64,000 nucleotides of DNA from Mobula hypostoma (taxonomy: Eukaryota), in the NCBI RefSeq assembly GCF_963921235.1, contig NC_086097.1:159962001-160026000 (forward strand), in the 5' to 3' direction. Within the stretch, counting starts at the first letter, position 1; every line of letters begins with the position of its first letter. Shown in pieces: positions 1 through 12,294 of this stretch. A program made the position numbers and the translations under genes. The notes under the pieces were generated by a model. That model saw only the letters and a program-made list of their open reading frames with translations, made no database searches and was not told the DNA's origin.

Positions 1-781
1 TAGAAACATAGAAACATAGAAACATAGAAAATAGGTGCAGGAGTAGGCCATTCGGCCCTTCGAGCCTGCACCGCCATTTATTATGATCATGGCTGATCAT
101 CCAACTCAGAACCCAGCCTTCCCTCCATACCCCGTGACCCCTGTAGCCACAAGGGCCATATCTAACTTCCTTTTAAACATAGCTAATGAACTGGCCTCAA
201 CAGTTTGCTGTGGCAGAGAATTCCACAGATTCACCACTCTCTGTGTGAAGAAGTTTTTCCTAACCTCGGTCCTAAAAGGCTTCCCCTCTATCCTCAAACT
301 GTGACCCCTCGTTCTAGACCTCCCCAACATCGGGAACAATCTTCCCGCATCTAGCCTGTCCAATCCCTTTAGGATCTTATACGTTTCAATCAGATCCCCC
401 CTCAATCTTCTAAATTCCAACGAGTACAAGCCCAGTTCATCCAGTCTTTCTTCATATGAAAGACCTGCCATCCCAGGAATCAATCTGGTGAACCTTCTTT
501 GTACTCCCTCTATGGCAAGGATGTCTTTCCTCAGATTAGGGGACCAAAACTGCACACAATACTCCAGGTGTGGTCTCACCAAGGCCTTGTACAACTGCAG
601 TAGTACCTCCCTGCTCCTGTACTCGAATCCTCTCGCTATAAATGCCAGCATACCGTTCGCCTTTTTCACCGCCTGCTGTACCTGCATGCCCACTTTCAAT
701 GACTGGTGTATAATGACACCCAGGTCTCGTTGCACCTCCCCTTTTCCTAATCGGCCACCATTCAGATAATAATCTGTTTCC
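1..781 (-). mobile_element. CR1 LINE 3' fragment (young), RT C-terminus plus 3' UTR and (TTTCTATG)n tail
   Basis: ORF 106..918(-) has LYKALVRPHLEYCVQFWSP, LEFRRLRGDLIETYKIL and FFTQRVVNLWNSLP with no stops over ~225 codons; (CATAGAAA)n at 1-30. Confidence 0.95.
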
Positions 782-891
782 CAGGAGGTCCGGGAAGAAA
801 GACAAGGGGGGGGTGACCCAGAGGACGGGCAAGAGGTATATTCAGAGGGACAGAGGGAGAAAAAGGAGAGTGAGAGAAAGAATGTGTGCAT
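782..891 (-). mobile_element. Penelope 3' UTR fragment fused to the 5' end of the CR1
   Basis: Near-identical reverse complement of 4960-5070 (differs in the G-run and one substitution). Confidence 0.9.
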
Positions 892-2149
892 TTTTTGAAG
901 CTCGCACCACATCTGCACACTACCTCTGATGCCTTCCTGTAGTAGTGGGCAACACGGTAGGGAACAAGTCCAGCTCTACCACAATCGAGATCTGTAGTAC
1001 TTAATATCCAGCACTGTCTTGGGATTGTAAAAAAAATGATGTAAAGGATGGGCAATTACTCCTTAGTTTGGACCCAGGGAGTGATTGAACATATCTCCTT
1101 CTTAACAGACCATTGGAAAAAGCAGTGCTGATAAGTATGTTAAAACAATGCTTTATCTGTACCTGCTCCTGTAGCTGTTATAAAATAACACAGTTTTTTT
1201 TGTGCATTGACAAAGCAGATTAGTTATTCAGTCATTTCATTGTTTATTGATAGGATTTTCCAGATGAAAAAAACAGCTACCTCAATAGCCATTGTATAAG
1301 GTATTAGTAAATTGTGTGTGAAGTGCTTGGGGAGTTTCTGAGAGGTGTGATAATGCACTGCAGAAACACAAGTCTTTCAGTGTTGCTTCCTGACATGGTT
1401 CCAGTTTGATGCTTACTGCCTACTCATAATGCAAAAGCTGCCTGTTCCCTGTAAGTACATTGCATGCTACATTCTAGAGCAAATCCATCCATTAGGGCCT
1501 GCTGATCCCCAGATCCCTATGTTCAAATTCATTTATTAAAAGTTGCATATTAAGCAATTAAATAATCTTCAATAGAAAGTTGTTCCATTTCCCTAAGAAC
1601 AATGTGTTCAGTCAACCCACCTCACCCCCAGCACCCCCAGTGCATCATTGTTTAATGTTGTGTTGTTCCTCCCCCCCACACCCTCTTTTTTTCTGATCTT
1701 TTCACTCAATCATCAGGAAACCGGAAAACTGAATTGCTTCTTCAGCACTTGACCGTTCATCAAAGCATTTAATTAGAGCTGAAGAAAGACGGTCTGGAAC
1801 CATGGATTAAACCATATGTAGTAATTACTTCTTTTTTGTTTAATAAGCTAAAAAGTAAATTTGTCTTTTATTTTGCAGTTTATTTGGAGAGATTACAGTT
1901 TAGATATACAGTCAAAGCCTGTACATATCAGAAAGCAATAGCTTGACTGAATAGTTGTGAAAACAGAATTGTGTGTTTAGCTCTGATAACAGTACGTTTT
2001 TAGCCAGCTCTATCAAGATTCAGCAGGTTTCTTTTCAATTAAAACTGCAGCTTGTGCTTTGGCCCTTTGAATATTCATAAAGCTATTAATCCTTTAGAGA
2101 TAAAAGTAACCTTTCCATTAAATTGAAAAACAAATGTATGTTATTCAGA

Positions 2150-2265
2150 AATATGCAGATGCTGTAAGTCTGAAAATAGTTTAAAATGCTGAAACTACTC
2201 AACAGGACATCTAACACTGGTGGAGGAAGAAACAGTTAATGATTCAAGCTGATGACCTTTCAATG
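2150..2265 (-). mobile_element. Old Penelope terminal-repeat (pLTR)-like fragment
   Basis: gcagatgctg...aaaatgctg...ctcaacagg...aacagttaatg...gacctttca layout resembles 3082-3178 and 63200-63340. Confidence 0.45.
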
Positions 2266-3081
2266 GGGATAACTATGATAGATGGCACCTGACAGCATCT
2301 CTCAAACAATGGAGTCAAACTGAATAATGGTAGACAAATCATCAAAACAGAATTAAATGTTGGAATCAGCAAAAGCTGTAGAATATCTTCTTCTACTCAT
2401 TGTAGGCAAAAGAACATTGTGTTTGTGTTCCTTGGTAATTGAGGCCACACAGAGAAATAAATTATTGTCACCAGCCAGTAATATGGGACACGTCCTTAGA
2501 TTACGTAATACTCTGAGAAAGGTGATACGAGTTCCTGATATTCCATCTTGACTGTGCATGATCTAAAGGTATAATGAAGACTTCCGCTGAACCTCAAAAT
2601 TTGACAAGAAAATGATATTTCTCTTGCTTTGTTTCCCATGTAAATGCTGAGAATATATAAATGATGTACAGACCTTGAGGAAGATTATATATAATCTAAC
2701 AGTGCCTTTAGATATGCTCGCTGTCAATGGATCATAATCCAAATTGTGTTGAGCAAACTGCTGAAATTATCTCTTTTTCCCAACTCGTATGTACAGTAAG
2801 CATCTCTGCCATCACATTAAAAACATTTGTCGAACAACCAGTTAAAACTGACATTGAACTGGAAGTCTGGTTCCGTGGAACAACCTGAACTGAAAATTTT
2901 TGATCTGAATCCTATATCTTCTGTGTTTGTATTGGGTTCCCCAGGGTGAGAATTATATTTCAATGGTGCTGGATTTGAAGAAATGCGGTTAGTTTTAACA
3001 CAAGAGTTTAATTCCCCATTGTATTTTCTCATTTCCCTTATGCAGACTCTGTTACATTGCAACCTAGTTTATTGCAATGCT

Positions 3082-3178
3082 ACGCACACAAAATGCTGGA
3101 GGAACCCAGCAGGTCAGGCAGCATCTATGGAAATGAATAAACAGCCGATGTTTCAGGCCGAGACCCTTCTTCAGGATT
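3082..3178 (-). mobile_element. Penelope pLTR fragment with degenerate hammerhead
   Basis: Minus strand reads CTGAAGA-AGG-GTCTCGG-CCT-GAAA-CATC, homologous to 5213-5309. Confidence 0.85.
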
Positions 3179-4109
3179 CCTTATCCTGAATGTATTGCTG
3201 ATGTTTTCCCCTGAATGACAGATCAATAATTTTGCTTTTTTCTAAGTCTTAAAGAAAAAAAGTAGGGAAAGATATGGTCAATGTGGTCAAACCTAAAGTG
3301 TGTTCTTTCTGCATGTGTTTGCTTCTTTGTTTAGAAATAGAGGAAGTTATTGCGAATACATTTCCAATCTTACATCACGGAACTGAGAGAACATTTCAAA
3401 GCAGTTCAATAAGAGGCAACTTATACGAAATATAGAAATGCACAGTGGATTCATCCATCTGCAGGTAAGACATTGAGGATAAACAGCAAGGGGTATTAAC
3501 AGTCAGATCTGACTTCAGCATCAACTAAAGTGGGTGGAAACAGGTGTCTGAGGAATGATCACCCTGGTTAGTCTGCTCAGGACTAGACGCAGACGACAAT
3601 CTGAGAGGCATCAATGGGGGACCATGACAATATAGCAATCATCAGTTGGGCTCAGAATCTGTGAGTTGGCAGTAGTTTAAGCAACATATAATGTGGTAAG
3701 AGCACGGACAGTATCTGTAGAAGGTATGAAACATAATCTCAGTAAAGTTCAAACTGTCTTATTATAAACACAGGACAGAAACCCCAGCCACCAGGTGAAG
3801 AGCAGCACGGTTGCCAGAGCAGATAAACTGCTGAATAACTAAACCATCATGGAGAAGTTTTTCTCATGGGAATTGATAACTCACCTCCTTTACCTTGGAA
3901 GAGGATGGTATTCTGTGGGCTCTCAGAGATGCCATAATAGCAACGAAGGAGGCATCCAATTGCAGAAACTACAGAGCCTGATTCAACCCAATTGTATCTG
4001 ATTGTTCATTTCAATGGCCTGTTCCTCCACTCTTCGCATGCTTGTCGATTTGCTGGACATTAACAATTAGAAATACTTCCTTTTTGAAAATGTTTAATGA
4101 TCTAGTCAG

Positions 4110-4570
4110 TATGGAAGTAGGCCTTTCAGCCCAAATCTTCCTTGCCAACCAAGATGCATACCTAAACTAAGTCTAATTTGTCTGTGTTTAACCCTCTAAA
4201 TCTTTCCGATCTGTGTGTGTGCCTGTTTAAATGTCTTTTTAATGTTGTTTTTGCACTTGCCTCAACCACTTCCTCTGGTAGCTCCTTACATGCACGTTCC
4301 AACCTCTGTGTCAAAGAGTTGTCCTTCAGGTTAGTATTAAGTTTTTCACCTCTCGCCTTAAACCTTCACCCTCAGTTTCTTACTTGCTCAACACTGAGGA
4401 AAAAAATGTGTGCATTCGCCCTATCTGTTCTCCTTATGGTCTGATAAGATCTTACAAGATAATACGTATGATCGCCATAAGATCACACTGGCAACCTCCT
4501 ATGCTCTAAGGAATAAAGTTCGAACCTAACTAATCTCTCTCTCTAACCCAGACCTTCGAATACTGGCAAA
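4110..4570 (-). mobile_element. Decayed CR1 3' fragment
   Basis: Similar to other minus-strand CR1 ends (cctcaaccacttcctctgg...ctctcgccttaaacc). Confidence 0.75.
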
Positions 4571-4592
4571 ATCCCCCAAACAGTCCTTCCAG

Positions 4593-4919
4593 GTGAGGCA
4601 TCACTTCACCTGTGAGTCAACTGGGGTGATATACTGCGTCCGGTGCTCCCGATGTGGCCTTTTATATATTGGTGAGACCCGACGCAGACTGGGAGACCAC
4701 TTTGCTGAACATCTACGCTCTGTCCGCCAGAGAAAGCAGGATCTCCCAGTGGCCACACATTTTAATTCCACATCCCATTCCCATTCTGACATGTCTATCC
4801 ATAGCCTCCTCTACTGTAAAGATGAAGCCACACTCAGGTTGGAGGAACAACACCTTATATTCCGTCTGGGTAGCCTCCAACCTGATGGCATGAACATTGA
4901 CTTCTCTAACTTCCGCTAG
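4593..4919 (+). pseudogene. Penelope GIY-YIG endonuclease domain (open frame, RT part missing)
   Basis: VIY...CxxC...YIGET, R...EH, HF, E and GMN motifs of PLE GIY-YIG/CCHH. Confidence 0.9.
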
Positions 4920-5212
4920 GCCCCACCTCCCCCTCGTACCCCATCTGTTACTCATTTTTATGCACACATTCTTTCTCTCACTCTCCTTTTTCTCCCTCTG
5001 TCCCTCTGAATATACCTCTTGCCCATCCTCTGGGTCACCCCCCCCCCCGTCTTTCTTCCCGGACCTCCTGTCCCATGATCCTCTCGTATCCCCTTTTGCC
5101 TATCACCTGTCCAGCTCTCGGCTCTATCCCTCCCCCTCCTGTCTTCTCCTATCATTTTGGATCTCCCCCTCCCCCTCCAGCTTTCAAATCCCTTACTCAC
5201 TCTTCCTTCAGT

Positions 5213-5250
5213 TAGTCCTGACGAAGGGTCTCGGCCTGAAACGTCGACTG
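5213..5250 (+). ncRNA. Minimal type I hammerhead ribozyme (Penelope pLTR)
   Basis: Stem I AGTC 5214-5217/GACT 5246-5249; core CTGACGA 5218-5224; stem II AGG/CCT with loop GTCTCGG; GAAA 5238-5241; palindromic ACGT stem III; GTC cleavage triplet ending 5245. Confidence 0.85.
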
Positions 5251-6059
5251 CGCCTCTTCCTATAGATGCTGCTTGGCCTGCTGCGTTCACCAGCAACTTT
5301 GATGTGTGTCACAATGTATTGTATTCAGATTTTACTTTTCTGTCATCCTTATCAGGTCTGGTTATTTGTGACTCAAGCACCACCATGATGTGATTGTCTC
5401 CCATTTGTCCTCTAAATGGCAGACCAAGCCACAGTAAGGTTGGGCAATAAACAATGGGCCTTGTCAAAGATGTTGGGCTAGCTGCAAAATACTCCCAACT
5501 TTTTGTTTAGTAAGTCACCTCCACTTTTCTGCAGTTACAACAGAAGTCTTGCAAAATCTAAAAGAATATCCATCCTTTAACTAATTAGCATTCATGGAAA
5601 TAATCAACAATGTAATTATTTTAAGTGTTTGGCTATTCATGTATGTTTTTCACTGCTTCAGTGAGTGAAAGATGTGCTGCCAAATGAGGCAGAAAATGAG
5701 AAGCTGTTGTTAACAGTTTCAGCTTTTGGTCTGAGTGCATAAAGTCTTTCTGGTCTTTGGAAAAGTGATTATTAGCACTAATGTTCTCACATTACTGTGA
5801 TACTAACTACATAATAACAACAGTTGAGTTTGTTAGTGGTTCTTAGTGCTGAATGGTAGTGTAAAAATATCTCCCAAGCAAATATCATTTGTCACTGGTC
5901 ACTTCCACAAACTCTGTTCATCACACATTGAATCCATTAGTTTCCTTGGTCACTGTATGAAGTCAAACCGTGTATTGTATTGCAGCTATTGTACTCTCTG
6001 ATTCTTGGCCATTTTCAATGCTATACCCTCTCCATTAGTAGGAGTCCCAACTTTCAGCT

Positions 6060-7150
6060 TTATAATATTATTTAACCGAAAAGATCCAGCACTATCTCCT
6101 CCTCAAACTCAAAATGTCTCAACATATCTGCATGTCCTTTTTTTGCATTCCCTACTCTCCAAATCCATCTCTTTGGTACATTCTGACACAAATTATTTAT
6201 TTAGTACCTCAGTCTCTTGTTCTGACTACAAGTACAAATCCCGCCCCCCGCCGCCCCCCCCCATCATTCTTTAGTGAACTTCCTCTCTGCTTATTCATGC
6301 TCTTTTTTGTAATAGAAGTACAAAGTGCCTTAGGACTCTCCTTGATCCTGCTCAGTAAGGGCTTTTCATCGCACCTTCTAGTCTTCTAACAGCACTTTCT
6401 TACTGTTTTGGTATCCAACAAGGGCGTGCACTAATTTTAGCTTTTTGAAACTTCCACATGCTTCTTTTCCCTTCCTGACTAAATTTAGATCATCTCCAGT
6501 CCTTAACTTACTATCCTTGTCTTTACCTCTTCCTGGAACATGCCAATGCTGAACTCTGATCAGCTAGTTTTTATATATCCCTTACAAGTCAGATGTGAAT
6601 TTACCTGACAGTGGTTGCTGCTACTCATTGTCTCCTAGCCCCTGTTTTACCCTTTTGTAATTTTCCCTCCACCAATTTAGTACCTTCCTGCATGATCTGA
6701 TTTTATCCTTACTCATTACTGACTTACTGTGACTAGAGACCTAGCTAAGAATGGTCAGAGCCCAAGTGCTGGAGTATCTGAGACTAGAACTGAGACATGA
6801 CACGAGACTGAGATGAGAACAGGGTATCAAACTGGACAATAATCCAAGCAGAAATGACGACTGAGCACCGGACCTCAGTTCAGGTGCTCTTTAAAGATTA
6901 AAATCCTAGTGCCAAAACACGGCCACCAATTGGCAGGGTGCACCTGAATCTTTAAAGGAGCCGTGCCAACTATCGATATTCCGGAGAGTTAGGGCATCTA
7001 ATCCGTATCAGCTGGCTTGTTTGGGTGCAAATTTTGCCACTTACAATATAATGAGTTGTGGTCAGCATTCCCAAATTGTTCACCAGTTTATCACCTGGAC
7101 TGGCTCATTTCCCTAATCAGATCCAGTATGGTTAGTCCTCTAGCTGAAAT
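6060..7150 (-). mobile_element. Old CR1 ORF2 fragment, interrupted by an LTR-like insert (~6728-7035)
   Basis: Similar to 28330-28980; CR1-like sequence resumes at ~7040 (gagttgtggtcagcattcccaaattgttcacc). Confidence 0.55.
6728..7035 (-). mobile_element. Probable Gypsy LTR fragment
   Basis: Starts TGT, short gagact/gagaca repeats, compositional break inside the CR1. Confidence 0.4.
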
Positions 7151-7164
7151 ATCTTCGTCTGTTT

Positions 7165-10100
7165 CAAGAGGTGGAGGTGTGTGTTTCATGATACACTCTT
7201 GGATGATCAAGTTCCACCTATTCTATTTACCAAGGGAGTTCTCCTCCATAATTCTGACCATGGTTTACATACCACCAGCAGCTGACTATAATCAAGTGCT
7301 TGAGATACTGCATGATGCCCTCTCCAAACAAGAAACAGTTCATCCTGATGTATCTCAAATCATGAGGTCCCCGACTATGAAGAAAACCTTGCCCAATTAC
7401 AATCAGCATATCACCTAAATCTTTAAAGGAATCATGCCAGAAATGGTTGTTGTGATGTAACTAGTGTGGTAGTGCTTGTCGCTCTCACTTTCAGCTTCCA
7501 CCGCTGGTAAGTCTTGCGAAAAGGAGAGATGAATGTGTAAGACTCTCCCTGCCAGTACGTAGCCTCTCCAACAGCAGGCCTCATATAGTGCCTCCTCGTT
7601 GGAGAACATAGAAACTGAATTCCTTTTGGACCCAGGTGGAATTATGGAGAGTAGGGAGGAGGTCTGGCCCCTACACATGAAGCACGCAGGCCCACCGGTG
7701 TGTGGGCTTGCCCTGGTGGTCATGAACCAGATCCCCAGCTATGTGTTAATAGCCTCCTGCCTTGTGGGCAGCCCTGGGAGAGACAAACGCTACGGGAGTA
7801 AATCCTGACAGCAAATCTAGAGTGGAGCCCCTTAGGTGGCTGGACATCATTGAACACCCTTCCAGCAGCTCCTGCAGCCAAGCTGGTGTCAAACGTATTG
7901 CTTTATAAACTTTCCTTTGGACTACACTAGTGAGGCTGAGAGGGAGATCTTGATGACTGGGCATTTCAGGATCTCCATATCTTCTGCCCAGGCCTGTGAT
8001 GATCATCGTCATTACCCATTGCCCTTCAAGGCAGTTGGATACCAACAACCATCACCCGTAACACCAGAGGTACCAACACACCAAACCACTGTTGTAGGAA
8101 ATGCCTAACATTCCACACACAGACCGTAGTTCAGTAAATCAGATCACAGGCTGTCCTTCACCTATCCTCATACAGGCAGAAGTTAACAAGCAAAGCTCCA
8201 GAGATTAGGACAACAAAGAGGTGGTTGTGAGAGGCTGAGGAGTGGGTATGGGATTGGTTTGAGTCAGTGGACAGGGCCACGTTCAAGGACTCATTTGTGG
8301 ATCTGAATGAATACACCATGGTTGTCATGGACTTTATCAAAATAGCCATAGATGAGTGTGTTCCAACAAAATCATTCAGTCTTCCCCAGTCAGAAGACCT
8401 GGATGAGCCATGAGATCCATAATCTGCTGAGGGCCAGATCGCAAGGCATTCAGGTCCGGTGACCAAGGAAGTTAAAGTGGTTCAGGTACAATCTGCAGAA
8501 AGCCATTTCATGGATGAAGTGGCAATCCAGACTAAACTTGAATCGATGAAAGATGCTCTACGGCTGTGGTAGAGCTTGTATCCTATCACCTTTTATAAAA
8601 TTAAATCAAGCGACATAGGTAACAGCAGGTCTTTTCTTTCAGATTACCTCAATGCCTTCTACATTCCCTTTGACCATAAGGGAAACACCATGAACTCCCA
8701 CCGCCTCCGATGATCCTGTGATTTCAGTCTCTGAGGCCGACGTGCGAGCAGGAGAGTGAACCCACAAAAAACATCCAGTCAAAATGGGGTACCTGGCCAA
8801 ATGCTAAAGACCTGTGTTAATCAACTGTGCTGATCAACTGGCTGAGATAATTAACCTCTCGCTTTGGCACTCTGAGGTATCCACCTGCTTCAATTATACC
8901 AGTGCCTGAGAAGACCATGGTAACCTGCCTCAATAACTATCGTCAATTAGCACTTACATCCACTGTGATGAAGTGTTTTGAGAGGTTGATGATGAAACTC
9001 ATCAACTCCTACCTCAGAAGCAACTTGGATTCATTATAATTTGCCTACCAGTGAAACAGGTCCACAGCAGATGTCATCTCTTTGGCTCTGCAGTCAACTC
9101 TTGAACATCTGATCAGCAAAGATGCATACATCAGATGCTCTTTATCAACTATAGTTCTGCATTCAATACCATTATCCCCTCAAATCTAATCAATAAGCTT
9201 CAAAGCCTTGGCCTTAATACTTCCTTGAGCAATTGATCCTTGATTTCCCCACTAGCAGACCATAGTCAGTGCACCAGAAGACTGTGTGCTTAGCCCCATG
9301 CTCTACAATTATGACTCTCTTGCTAAGCACAGCTCCAATGCCATATTCAAGTTTGCTGATGAGACCACTGCCAAAGGCCAAATCAAAGGTGGTGATGAAT
9401 CTGCACATAGGAGGGAGATTGAAAATCTGGTTGAGTGATGCCATAACAACAAACTCTTATTCAATGTCAGCAAGACCAAAGGACTGATTATTGACTTCAG
9501 GAGGAGAAGACTAAAGGTTCCTGATCCAGCTCCCATCAGAGGATCAGAGGTGGAGAGGGTCAGTGTTATCATCTTGGAGGACCAGTCCTGGGCCCAGCAT
9601 GTATGTGCAATTATAAAGAAAGCACGGCAAGCGTTTGCGAAGACTTGGCATGATATCTAAAATTTTGACAAATATCAATAGATGTCATGGTAGAGAGTAT
9701 ATTGGCTCGCTGGAACATAGCCTGGTTCGTAAACACCAAAGTCGTTGAACAGAAAATCCTACAAAAAGTAATGGACACAGCCCAATCCATCACGGGTAAA
9801 ACCCTTCCCACTATTGAGAACATCTACATGAAGTGTTGTCACAGAAAAGGAGAATCCATCACTGGGGACCAATTTCCACCCCCCCCCCACCTTCCCACCC
9901 AGGACATGCTTTCTTCTCATTGCTGCCATCAGGAGGAAGGTACTGGAGCCTCAGGACTCACAGCATCAGGTTCAGGAACAGTTATTACCCCTCAACCATC
10001 ATGCTGTTGAACCAAAAGATAACTTCACTCAACTTCACCTGTCCCATCATTGAAATGTTCCCACAACTTATGGAATCATTTTCAAGAACACTTCATCTCA

Positions 10101-10340
10101 TGTTCTGAATATTTATTGGTTACTTGCTTATTATTATTATTATTATTATTTCCTTCTATTTGTATTTACACAGCAGCTTGTTGTCTTTTTCACACTGGCT
10201 GAACACCCAGTTGGTGCGATCTTTCATTGATTCAGTCATGGTAATTATACTACGGATTTATTGAGTATACCCGCAACAACATAAATCTCAGGGTTATATA
10301 TGGAGAGATATATGTACTTGGATAATAAATTTATTTTGAA
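7165..10340 (+). mobile_element. Rex1/Babar-type LINE, near-complete decayed ORF2 (APE + RT) and 3' UTR
   Basis: GGGVCFMI, FYLPREFSSIILTMVYIPP (APE); LNNYRQLALTSTVMKCFE, KFAD, SKTKGLIIDFR; HPGHAFFSLLPSGGRY; aataaa and ttgaac-like tail ~10325-10340. Confidence 0.88.
7416..8050 (+). mobile_element. Non-autonomous RTE-related element inserted in the Rex1 ORF
   Basis: TSD ATCACC (7410-7415/8051-8056) restores the Rex reading; CAA-type tail; shares gggagtaaa and a 3' domain with 41205-41724. Confidence 0.7.
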
Positions 10341-10431
10341 CATTCAAATTTACTTTGAATTTTGTTGTTTTCCGCTCAGCTAGGGGAAACATTCACCCTG
10401 CATCTACAAAGTCAACCTCCATAGAAACTGT

Positions 10432-11310
10432 CAGAAGGGTGGGTTGGCAAGTTTGCAGATGACACAAAGGTTGGTGGTGTTGTGGATAGTGTAGAGGATT
10501 GTCGAAGATTACAGAGAGGCATTGATAGGTTGCAGAAGTGGGCTGAGAAGTGGCAGATGGAGTTCAACCCGGAGAAGCGTGAGGTGGTACACTTTGGAAG
10601 GACGAACTCCAAGGCAGAGTGTAAAGTAAATGGCAGGATACTTGGTAGCGTGGAGGAGCAGAGGGATCTGGGAGTACATGTCCACAGATCCCTGAAAGTT
10701 GCCTCAGGGATAGGGTAGTTAAGAAAGCTTATGGGGTGTTAGCTTTCATAAGTCGAGGGATAGAATTTAAGAGTTGTGAGGTAATGATGCAGCTCTATAA
10801 AACTCTGGTTAGGCCACACTTGGAGTACTGTGTCCAGTTCTGGTCACCTCACTATAGGAAGGATGTGAAAGCATTGGAAAGGGTACAAAAGAGATTTACC
10901 AGGATACTGCCTGGTTTAGAGAGTATGGATTATGATCAGAGATTAAGGGAGCTGGGGCTTTACTCTTTGGAGAGAAGGAGTATGAGAGGTGATGTGATAG
11001 AGGTATACAAGATATTAAGAGGAATAGATGGAGTGGATAGCCAGCGCCTCTTCCCCAGGGCCTCAATACAAGGGGACATGGCTTTAATGTAAGGGGTGGG
11101 AAGTTCAAGGGGGATATTAGAGGAAGGTTTTTTACTCAGAGAGTGGTTAGTGCATGGAATGCACTGCCTGAGTCAGTGGTAGAGGCAAATTCACTAGTGA
11201 AGTTTAAGAGACTACTAGACAGGTATATGGAGGCATTTTGAGGGTTGGCACAACAATGTGGGCCAAAGGGCCTGTACTATGCTGTACCATTCTAAACTCT
11301 AAACTCTAAT
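10432..11310 (+). mobile_element. CR1 3' fragment
   Basis: KFADDTK, WQMEFNPEK, LVRPHLEYCVQFWSP in ORFs 10482..10718 and 10736..11092; (TCTAAAC)n tail. Confidence 0.93.
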
Positions 11311-12294
11311 CATGGAATGACAGCTTTGAATGTATTTGTAAAACAAACTTTCATCTTCTAAATTCCAGCTTAGTTTGCTTAATCACTCCTTATCTCAAAA
11401 AAAACCATCTGGTGAAATTCTGTCACACTCTACTTCACAATCACATTCATCCTAAGTAGAGAGGAGAGACCTAATCTGTACACAATATTCCAGGGATGAT
11501 CTCATCAGGAAACTAAATTCTGTATAAAGTACTCAAATGCATATATCTTTGTTAATTGCACTTTTTTTCTGAACTTTCCACATTATAAGATAGAGTGACT
11601 TTAATGTCTGTTGACATCTCCAGACTTGCTTTTCTCTGCTAATTTACCAATGTTGTGACCTGACACTACTGTCAAGAAAAAGTAAAGATGCTGCTGTGAG
11701 GGGAAGATTTTTTTTAAAAAGCAAGCCCCTTATAAGGTAGAAAGATTGATTGTCCACTTTCCTTTCATACTCCTGCTCACAGCAAAGGCAGACAGTGGAC
11801 CTTAAAGGTCATTTTTTATCATCATTTGGAATTGAGCTATTTTTTTGGTCTCTACTTCTACAGCAGTACACTGACAAACGTATTAACCACTCTAAGAGAG
11901 CCTTAATACTGAGAGCTATGTGAAGTTATTCACATGTGAGATTTTGCCATGTTAGGCTTCAGAGTCATACGATCTCACTTTGAATATTTTATCTGTATTT
12001 CTCACAAGGTGCTGAGAGCATTGTAACTGTTTTCAAATTATATTCTCCCTTTCTTTGTGAGGAAGGCTTTTAGAGTCCATAGTAGTAAAACAATGCAGCA
12101 CAGATATGGGAGTTTCAACCTAATGAGGCTCTGCCTATCTATCATGTTGTCCACACAGCTGGTCCCAATTTCCTGCTTTTGGCCCATATCCTCCAGTCCC
12201 TCACCCTCATGCACCGATCCAAATGTTTCTTAAACGATACAACTGTATCTGCCTCAACCATTTCCTCTGGCAGCTCATTCCCTATTACATATTC

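Larger units (their letters stand above)
4572..5309 (+). mobile_element. Penelope-like retroelement, 5'-truncated: GIY-YIG endonuclease, pyrimidine-rich 3' UTR, pLTR
   Basis: ORF 4593..4919 FTCESTGVIYCVRCSRCGLLYIGETRRRLGDHFAEH...VATHFN...LRLEEQHLIFRLGSLQPDGMN; hammerhead downstream. Confidence 0.93.

Noticed and set aside
2353..3062. Minus-strand ORFs as GPS/PLAT exons of a polycystin-like gene
   Set aside because: Only vague resemblance; diagnostic Cys/Trp/His residues absent and no clean donors
7417..7440. Short match to 6947-6969 (aatctttaaagga..c.tgcca) suggesting a templated 5' addition
   Set aside because: Too short and imperfect to separate from chance by eye
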